The position numbers and the translations under genes are program-made. The notes under the pieces were generated by a model. That model saw only the letters and a list, made by a program, of their open reading frames with translations. It had not been told where the DNA came from and searched no databases. From the NCBI GenBank assembly GCA_910592345.1, contig CAJVPI010000056.1, positions 44,099 through 64,098 on the forward strand: 20,000 bases of DNA, in the 5' to 3' direction. The stretch comes from Paraglomus brasilianum. Its lineage: Eukaryota. This document shows positions 11,821 through 20,000 of this stretch, piece by piece (position 1 is the stretch's first letter; each line of letters begins with the position of its first letter).

Positions 11821-12376
11821 TTGCTAATGCCTGAATGCTGCACTATAAAATTTGCAAACTTTCGATCCAAGTACCCTGATTCATCTGTTCGAGTAACTAT
11901 TATTGCCGGCGAAATCACGTTTCCAAGTGTTCCTTCTGTTTTCTCCCGGTTTTCGTTAACTATCCTTCTACTCTTCCTCCTACATAGCATATCGACACCG
12001 CCACCACTTTTTCTTTATCAGCAGAGTCAAGGGTTCGTGAAGTTAAAGAAGGTTGATGTTTTTCAATTTGGCTAACCGGCCATTGGGCAAAATCTGAATG
12101 AACCCTCCGAGAAGAACCCAGGCTAGGTCAACGCCGTCATATTTTTTGCGGTCAGGGTAACATCAAAGTCTATATACTTCCTTCCACTCTTTTTCTAGAA
12201 CAGTAGGGATTTATTAACTTTTACATTACTATTCACGTTGTACTCAGTTCTCTAATCTTTCTATACCATGCCGTCGATCTCGTCTCCCATTACGCTCGCT
12301 ATCTCCATGCACCGATTTTTCCGACAGAAACTAAACATAATACCTAATAGCTGTTATACAATATATTGTTTTTTCC

Positions 12377-13203
12377 TTAGTATTTATATTTCGTAGAATA
12401 GTCCTTCGGGGATACAACAAGACCTCTCCCCTTTCGTGCTCCCCGATAAACAGTCTCAATTATGTCTATAAGTTCTTGTTTGTCCTCAAGCGCCTGTGCA
12501 AATGGGTGATTGATAATGAGTGATTGATTGATAATGAAAGAGATGCGAAATGCTAAATATGGCGTCGGAAATTATAGTTTAGATTCAGTATTACTCTATT
12601 GCTTACCCAATTGATTTTGTTATTGTTTCCTGTTCCTAAATCGATCATTATGTGTTTGTTGCGGAAGAAAAACATCACAGTGCATGGATCATAAAGTTCG
12701 TACATCTACAAAGAAATCATTTGAGTTAGATCGTATACAGAAACAGCCTTAATGTTAGAGAGCAGTCATAATTACTTTATTAAAATCGGGTACTTCAGTA
12801 ATGTCAGCCTACAAAAGCAGCAGGTCAGTAAGCGTAAGCTTAAACGATAAATAATTCACTTTTTACTTAGCATGCATAGCTCACCAAGTAAATGACAGCA
12901 AAATTCTTGACCTTCTCAGCGATACCATACAACGTCTCGTCCATCTTCATACACGTCGGATCCTGCATTCAAACTAATGTGAGTTATGTTTACTTACTAC
13001 TCTATCCTCATAGACACATTAATACTCACCCAATCATGTCCAAACCTAATCACAACCACCCTATCTTCTTCTGACAGAATGGCTTGGTCAACTTGCCACC
13101 CTTAGAAGCAAAGAATCAGATATTAAATTAGCAACGTTTTGCTTAAAATATGTGGATAATAATAATAGTTACCGTTAGTCAAGTGAGGAAGAAAGTAAGA
13201 CAT
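12377..13203 (-). CDS. DIB1: U5 snRNP thioredoxin-like protein Dib1/Dim1 (TXNL4A), 142 aa, 6 exons
   Basis: Exons 13203-13173, 13100-13030, 12962-12885, 12808-12776, 12705-12607, 12493-12377 total 429 nt. Translation: MSYFLPHLTNGWQVDQAILSEEDRVVVIRFGHDWDPTCMKMDETLYGIAEKVKNFAVIYLADITEVPDFNKMYELYDPCTVMFFFRNKHIMIDLGTGNNNKINWALEDKQELIDIIETVYRGARKGRGLVVSPKDYSTKYKY*, near-identical to the conserved Dim1 family. Confidence 0.97.
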
Positions 13204-13334
13204 TGTTGTGTCCGACCAAAAGTTTGCATATCATGTATTTCTATTATGACTAAGATCGTCGTACACCCCCAAAATAAGATACAGAATTTTGCCATACCGG
13301 GAAAGTTTTGTCTCTATTCTTTATTTTGAGTTTT

Positions 13335-13560
13335 CGAGGTCTGCACACATTATTCTTTATTTTGATGATTCTAGTGAATAAAGGAGAACTTGCGGTGTTT
13401 CTGGACCGGAAGTACAATTATTTTGATTCCCTCAAAGTAGTCTCCATTAACATCTGTGCAATGTTGCGGACCATTCTGCCAACTCTGGAAGGTACTTCTC
13501 ATAGTCAGCTTTTGGGATGGTGTCAACGACTGCCTCTGAACAGCCATTGCCAAATTTCAA
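13335..13560 (-). mobile_element. Mariner-like transposase C-terminal fragment with one probable terminal repeat end
   Basis: Frameshifted minus-strand pieces read ..AVQRQ / DTIPKADYEK / TFQSWQNGPQHCTDVNGDYFEGIK, matching the mariner C-terminal pattern IPxxxYxxxFxxWxxRWxxCxxxxGxYFEG. CGAGGTCTG at 13335 resembles a mariner TIR terminus. Confidence 0.6.
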
Positions 13561-13894
13561 CACTAGTAAAACTTTCTTGATTCGAAGGAATAAGATCTTG
13601 ACAACATGGAATATTGGGAATTTTGAGGTCAATGTTGATGAAGGTTTTGCGTTCCTTTAGGTCAGCTGACTTTGTCACTGCTTCGCAAGGACACCACCCA
13701 GAACGAGCTTTGTCAAGAATGTTTTCATGTCTATCCCTTGAATGCTTTCTGCATTGACCAACTCACGAAATGTATTGTCATTCCCCAAAAAAACAGTTTC
13801 TCGAAATGAATTTTTGTGTTCATTAATTCCTATTTTTGATAGGTCGGATTGGCATAAAACTTTTCTGCAACCCACACGTATTTTTGGTTCGAAT

Positions 13895-15931
13895 ATGCCG
13901 AAGTCAAGTAACCTCAAAACTGACCGACCAAAATCAAAAAACAAGTCTGCTGCCAATCCCTCTCCTGTCACCCTTTCTCTCTCTTCTCGCAACCTCACTT
14001 CTCTCGCGTCAATTCCTCTCACTGCTTACCCACCGGAACGAGTGGATCTGTCGAAAAACAAATTGAATTCTCTCGGTGGCCTGGAGAAGTTGCAATTAGA
14101 GAAGATTAAATGGCTCAATTTGTCTTATAATGAACTGCAGAGTTGCGATGGACTGGGAAAGTGTCGGAATCTAAATGGTTGGTAGGAGAAAAGAGTGTTC
14201 CAGAACAAAAACTTGTGGAACGTATGTTTGGAAATTGTATGGCATTTGCTCAATAATGCGACTCTATTGATGTGTGCTTGACGAAAACTATTAAATTGAT
14301 ATTAGCCCTACAACTAACATGCCACATAGTCGCTTTCTAATCCGATCAAGGATAGAGGAATAAAGTGCATTCCTGTATGTGATTGAGTTGTGAAGACATC
14401 TAGAATCGTTTTTCTTACTCTCATCCTTTTGGTTGAAACGCATGAAACCTAGTGTTGTATCTTTCGAATAACAAAATATCGCGAATATCATCGCATTTGC
14501 TCTTCCTCATGCGGCTTAATGCTTTGATGCTAAACAATAACGAAATCACAGAAGTTGAATATATTGGAAGTTTAACCACATTGAATACAATAGGTAAGAA
14601 AGCTTCGCATTTATGATACTGTCTAATACAATGCCATGCTAATCCGATGTTTAACTTTTAACGGCTGCATTCACGCTTTCTGGTGTTTATGTGTTCAAGT
14701 TCTTTCGCATAACAAGATAGCCGTTCTCCCACCTTTTCCTCGTCTAACAGACTTAATCAAACTCTCTGCAACTCACAACTCAATAACGGAAACTCCGGAT
14801 CTATCATTTAATACAAAATTGAAAGAATTGAGATTAAGTCATAACAATATTAAAACCCTACCAGAGTCCTTGAAGGAATGTATCGCGTTAGAGGTATTTG
14901 AAGTCGGACATAATGAGATTGAAAATTGGAGGTAGGATTTTATGAAGCATAAGAAGTTGGGATCACGAAAATCTTTAATAACTAGTCGTTGTTTAGAGAT
15001 ATCGAAGTGCTATCTTCATTGAAAAATTTGCATAACTTGGGTTTAAAAGGGAATCCTATTTGCTCACGAACAGATTACAATCGCGACAAGGTATATGTAA
15101 TTGCCATATAAGCTTCCTAGTTCTTGACGCTCTACTCTAAACAAAAAACTACAGCTAAATCGACTTTTTCATAATTGTTTTCAGGTTGTATCTCTAGTAC
15201 CTTCTCTTCGAATCCTTGACGGTGACAGATTTGATCCGAAGTACTTAGAAATAAAGTCAAAACGAGCCCAATTCTTAAAAGCTCAAGAGGCAATAAGGAA
15301 AAGGAAAGAGAAAAAGAAAGAAAAGAACGAAAGGCTTGCAAATCAGAAGTACGAAAATGATGATGAAGAAGGAAAGAGATATGAAGGAACATTGAAGATC
15401 GATCATGGGACAGAAGATATAAGCGAGAACATGAAAGGAAATAAAAACACAGGATATGGGGAAAGCCAGAATAAGAATGACGACTTGGAGGACGATAAAG
15501 ACTATATGAGGAAACAAGTTAAAATCGAGAAAGAGAAATATGCGAGGGAGAAACAGAAAAGTAGCAAGCACAAGAGAGAGAGTGAGGATGATGTAAATAA
15601 TAAGAAGCCGAAGAAGTCGAGTCCACTAGAGAACTCAACAGTATCGCGGCGAGAAGGGGATACTGAGGATCAAACGGAGGTGCATTCCTTAGCATCACTA
15701 TCGGATCTCCCCAAAGCTACATCTCCAACTATAGAACTACCCACTTCGGCAAGTGGTGTGTTGGGTAGTGTAAATGTCACGGGGGTCGTAGCTGTGAAAG
15801 ATTTCTCTGATAAACGGAGTAAAGAGAAGAGAATGCGCGCGTTTGATGTTGAAGCTTGGGAGCGAATAATAAGAGAGAATGAGAGCGGAGGTATTGGGAA
15901 TGGCGGTGACGGAAAGTCGGCCTGGGATTAG
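13895..15931 (+). CDS. Leucine-rich repeat (SDS22-like) protein with LRRcap and long charged C-terminal tail, ~498 aa, 5 exons
   Basis: Exons 13895-14177, 14453-14593, 14700-14931, 14997-15090, 15185-15931 are frame-consistent. Repeated LxLxxNxL units (VDLSKNKL, LNLSYNEL, LYLSNNKI, LMLNNNEI, VLSHNKI, LRLSHNNI), cap LKGNPIC...LVPSLRILDG, and a K/E-rich tail ending GIGNGGDGKSAWD. Confidence 0.85.
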
Positions 15932-16348
15932 CTCACAGAAGTAAGAGAGCAGACTAGGAAGTGAAAATTTGTCCGTTACATTTGATGTCGACTTTAGCGG
16001 TGCAGATTAATAAAGTATAACGTTTATAAATTATTGAAGTAAGCAATAAATTTTAGGTGATAAACTTTAGTACGATCCGGTCACATGGGAAATTAAAAAA
16101 CACGCCATGTGCGTTCATATATCATGTGATTGTAAGCCTAATAAGCCAAGGACGAGGATTGGTCGAAAAAAATTATAAATACGAAAAATTTTCATCTTAC
16201 TCCGTCATTTTCGCCATCCCCAACTCTTTACAAAAAGCGACCCCTACCTTGTCAACCTATCTTATCCTGAGAACACCATTTTTTTACTCGTTTTTTTTGA
16301 AGAAACTTTGGCTTTTCCCCCCTCTATTTCAAACCCCTCGACCACTTC

Positions 16349-16595
16349 ATGTTTTGTTCACCAAACGAAAATAGTTATACTTTTGTTCATAAGCGCCAAA
16401 ATTTTTATAGGAAACAGTTGACGAAGCACAAACGTAAGCAATATTACTAGACAAAAAGTACATACATATCGTCGTATGTATAATTGTGCTAGCTTCCTTT
16501 AGAATACGTAAAGCGGTTGTATTATGACAGGCTTTTTGTGTTTCTCTCTCTAACATTTCTCTCGTAAAATGTATTATGTTGTAGGGATTTACTAA
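16349..16595 (+). promoter_or_regulatory. Spliced upstream ORF (31 codons) in the eIF5 5' leader, spanning a 5'UTR intron 16434-16584
   Basis: ATG 16349 is in poor context (TTC-ATG-T). The intron runs GTAAGC 16434 ... TAG 16584. The spliced reading MFCSPNENSYTFVHKRQNFYRKQLTKHKRIY ends at TAA 16593-16595, 2 nt before the main ATG. Confidence 0.65.
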
Positions 16596-16597
16596 AC

Positions 16598-18230
16598 ATG
16601 AGTACCCTCAATATTGGCGGAAATGAAAAGGACCGTTTCTATCGGTATAAAATGCCAAAACTTATTGCAAAGGTAGAGGATTCGTAATATGATAAATGTC
16701 ACGTGAGCGTATTGTATTTGATTGCCTCGTCACTCTAACCATAAACAAATTTCATGCGTTTAGATTGAAGGTAGGGGAAACGGGATAAAGACTGTTGTTC
16801 CTAATATGTCCGATATCGCCCGTTCCCTGGGACGTCCACCAGCTTGTAAGTATTTGAACAGGACCTTTTAATTTATATTGAGAGTGATACTGATTCGCAT
16901 TATCAAATGTGCCCCCCCTAGACGCCACGAAATTCTTTGGATGTGAGCTTGGTGCCCAAGTAAAATGTGATGAAAAGAATGATCGTTATATTGTTAATGG
17001 CGCTCACGAAGCCGCTAAACTTCAAGAATTACTTGATGCATTCATAAAGAAATATGTACTTTGTGGTGAATGTAATAATCCTGAGACTGATTTGGTAAGA
17101 TCGATTGTCCAAGTCGAACGAGATTGGATGAATGTTAAATTGTAGTGGAATACTTATCGACTAATTCTTTCTTTCTTTCTTTAGATCATCATACCGAAAA
17201 ACGAAAAAATTATCCGTGATTGCAAGGCCTGCGGCCAACGAACCGAAGTCGATATGCGCCATAAACTTGTTACTTTTATTCTGAAGAATCCACCAAACCC
17301 TCCCAAGGGTAAATCCAAAAAAGAAAAGTCCGACAAAACCAAGAAATCTAAATCAGAAAACGGTCCAGTATCGCCGACAACCAACTCCTCGGAGGGCTCG
17401 GACGACGAACTTACACGACGCATCCGAGAAGAAGCCGCAATGTTGCCCACGGCTGAAGAAACTGGTGTCGATGAGGATGATTGGGCTGTTGATACTTCTG
17501 CGGAGGCAGTTAAAGAACGGATGAGAGACTTGGAGGCGAACGTTACGAAAGCGCTTGTATTGGATGACGACTATGATGACGACGATGATGATGAGAAAGA
17601 GTCATTTGGAGAATGGCTGGAGGAGAATAAAACTTTGGGCAATAAAGAGATTTACGGCATGATCAAGCAGTTTGGTATTGCCAAAGACAAAGAACAAGTA
17701 TTGCAGAAACTCGTTTTGGGATTGTTTGACGACAGTTTCAAGAAAGATACATCAATTACGAAGCAAATCAAGAAAAGGGCAAAGATATTCCTGAAGGTAT
17801 GCAACTACTTTATAATTTGATCTTGTTTTAAACTATTTAGTGTACTAGGTTTGTTTATTGTTATAGTCATAATACTGATAAATCGTAATTTTCATACTCT
17901 ACGCAGTTTGTTCAAACTACAGACGATCAGCATATTCTCCTTGGAGCCATTTCTATGCTCGTCGGGGTTGAACGTAGAGAACTTTTTGAAAGCAGGATTA
18001 TCTGCAAAATTCTCATGGAACTCTATCAGAACGATATCTTATGTGAAGAGGTTATTCAAGCTTGGATTGAGGGTAAAGACTCCGCTAGTTATAAGGCTTT
18101 GTTTAAAAAGACAGCTGACAATATGTATGTAAGTGAGACAATTAGCAAAGAGGTTAGGAACAAGGCAATGCCTTTCGCCAAATGGCTTGAGGAAGCCGAA
18201 GAGGAGGATGATGATGACGATGAGGAATAA
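16598..18230 (+). CDS. TIF5: Eukaryotic translation initiation factor 5, ~421 aa, 5 coding exons
   Basis: Exons 16598-16672, 16764-16845, 16922-17094, 17185-17796, 17907-18230. Motifs [38 protein letters not shown], zinc ribbon CGECNNPET...CKACG, DDDWAVD, and a W2 domain ending [11 protein letters not shown]. Confidence 0.97.
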
Positions 18231-18859
18231 ACATATAGTATAGTAATATTGAATTGGTTGGTTGAGTTGCATATAACACTTATTCAGCATACGTATTAAG
18301 TATTATAATAAAGGGATTTGTTGTAAAAATTGCTCGTGTCTCACCCTCCATTTGTTGGAGTGCAATCACACTCCTTGTGCCGGCGAAGGGAGTGTGACAA
18401 TTAACTTTCAATTAATCGGAATTAATCGGCAATTTACAGCACATATTAATATGGTACAATAGCGCCGTAATAATAAAAAGATTTCAGGAGTTCAAAACAG
18501 TTAGCGGCAAAGGCACAAAAAAATTATCGATCGTTGACCTTGGGATTTAGCTATTTCGACAGTTAGTATTAGTATTAGTGATCTGTAAATTATGTCGATC
18601 GGTGGACATTAGTCCTAGACTTAGTCCTAAACAGTTATTCGCCCTCGAGTTAATCGACTATTTCTTTTCGATGGAAGCCTACAGGTTGGGGTATACCTAT
18701 ATATATCTCAAACGCAGTTCACAATTATATCGGCCAGGGAACGAATCGTCGTATAAAGAACTACGTATTAGTATATTCCCCGATTCTGCGCAGCTCCGGT
18801 GGTTTCACAAGGACGTTACCTATATCGGGACAACGTATTGCGCGCGCAACAACTTTCCG

Positions 18860-19300
18860 CTAGATTTGACTATTACAGTCAACCCGATCCATGGATGTTG
18901 TGTTTCAATGCTTTGATGTATCTTACCTGCCAAACCTGAACAGTAATACCAGTAGGTTGTTGCATATCTCCCTGCATAAGACTGATGATAACATTTTGAG
19001 AGGATAAGACTTAACATTAAAATCAACATGATAACAACACGCAAATTCATCTATATCTTCAATGATTTCCGCCAAGTCACCTGCCATTTCCTTTGCTGAT
19101 TATCAAAAATCGGCTCTAATATTTCAAAAAAGTCTACATTGTCATAATCTTCGTTTTCTTCCAGTTCAAGTGGTATTTTCTTTTTTGCTGTCTTTTTCTG
19201 ATGAGCTGTTCTGCTACGGCAAAATTTACAAGTACGATAATGCTTTACAACACTTTCACACATGAGTTTAATTAATCGCTCTCCCGCAGTAGTTGGCACG
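18860..19300 (-). mobile_element. Decayed MULE-like transposase N-terminal fragment (zinc-finger region)
   Basis: Frameshifted minus-strand pieces read YRTCKFCRSR, SAKEMAGDLAEIIEDIDEFA, YHQSYAGRYATTYWYYCS and TSMDRVDCNSQI. They resemble, from memory, the YYCS...RFDCxG zinc-finger N-termini of fungal Mutator-like transposases. No DDE core or TIRs are seen. Confidence 0.45.
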
Positions 19301-19875
19301 ACATGTTGAAAAGATAAGGTTTTATATTAGGGCAATCTTCAATTACTAACTCTTCTAATTGACAATTATCATCTACCAAAGAAGTAAGATTAGGGCAGTT
19401 TTAACTGCTATTTTCCTTCTCATCCTGCTTCATTTGATATCAGGATTATTAATAGAAATTAGTTAAGGTTCTATGGCATTAATTTATGTATCTCCTTCTG
19501 TTGGTAAACCTAAAGCATCTAGCTTTGTTTTTCTGCCATCAGATAGTTTGTTATCCGAATAAGAATTTTTAAGTTGGTTAGTTCACTATCAGTAAGTCTA
19601 TTTACAGTATAATCTTTTATGTTTAGACTTTGAAGTTTATTATGCAAAGTAATAACTTTTTCAGTTCTGGGCACTTTGGATAATCTGTTATTACCTAAAT
19701 TTAAACAAGTTGATTTAGAAAGTTTTCGATTTAGATTACTAATTTTTCAACACTAACACCGGATTTATGCTTATCAATAGTCTTTATCGTATTAATATTT
19801 AGTTCAGTGCCTTAGCCGGGCATATGGCCATTCTTTGTTTTCATATTCTTTGTTGACATGAGAAAGTTATGTCAT
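19300..19875 (-). pseudogene. Decayed intronless LRR gene with xCPNL-type repeats
   Basis: AT-rich. Fragments in shifting frames read VEKLVI*IENFLN, TCLNLGNNRLSKV, CPELKKL, HNKLQSLNIKD, ELTNLKIL, YSDNKLSD and NCPNLTSLVDDNCQLEELVIEDCPNIK, with multiple stops and frameshifts. Confidence 0.6.
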
Positions 19876-20000
19876 TATTATAGTAATAGACATGTATAAA
19901 TATGTCGCAAAATATGTGACAGTACAAACGCTAAAATTAATTGTTCTTCATAGTATAATAATTTATATAGAAACGTGTCGTTTTTCTTGTGACAGAAAAG

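Noticed and set aside
11727..12200. ORFs 11727-11990 (-) and 11776-12075 (+)
   Set aside because: No recognisable domain or coherent splice structure, and they overlap the transposon end.
18578..18916. 112-aa plus-strand ORF
   Set aside because: It has a GTG start, no recognisable motif, and overlaps the decayed minus-strand transposon fragments.

Overview
Eukaryotic, intron-rich, moderately AT-rich fungal DNA. Most introns are 60-110 nt GT-AG. An early-diverging lineage such as Glomeromycotina/Mucoromycota is likely, but that is inference. Six spliced housekeeping genes were reconstructed by hand: TOM7 (-), SPT5 (-), SPT6 (+, head-to-head with SPT5, ATGs only 196 bp apart), DIB1/TXNL4A (-, absent from the ORF track), an uncharacterised LRR/LRRcap protein (+) and eIF5 (+). 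Between and after them lie DNA-transposon relics (pogo/Tigger-like, mariner-like, MULE-like) and a decayed intronless LRR pseudogene resembling endobacterial LRR proteins. The most interesting signals are: a splice-built, poor-context uORF ending 2 nt before the eIF5 AUG; a 275-nt LRR-gene intron hiding a stop-containing cassette exon and nested splice sites; the SPT5-SPT6 bidirectional pair, with an Spt5 lacking the conserved KOW1-linker core; and the possible endobacterial-origin relic. No prokaryotic-style system (CRISPR, defence island) is supported.
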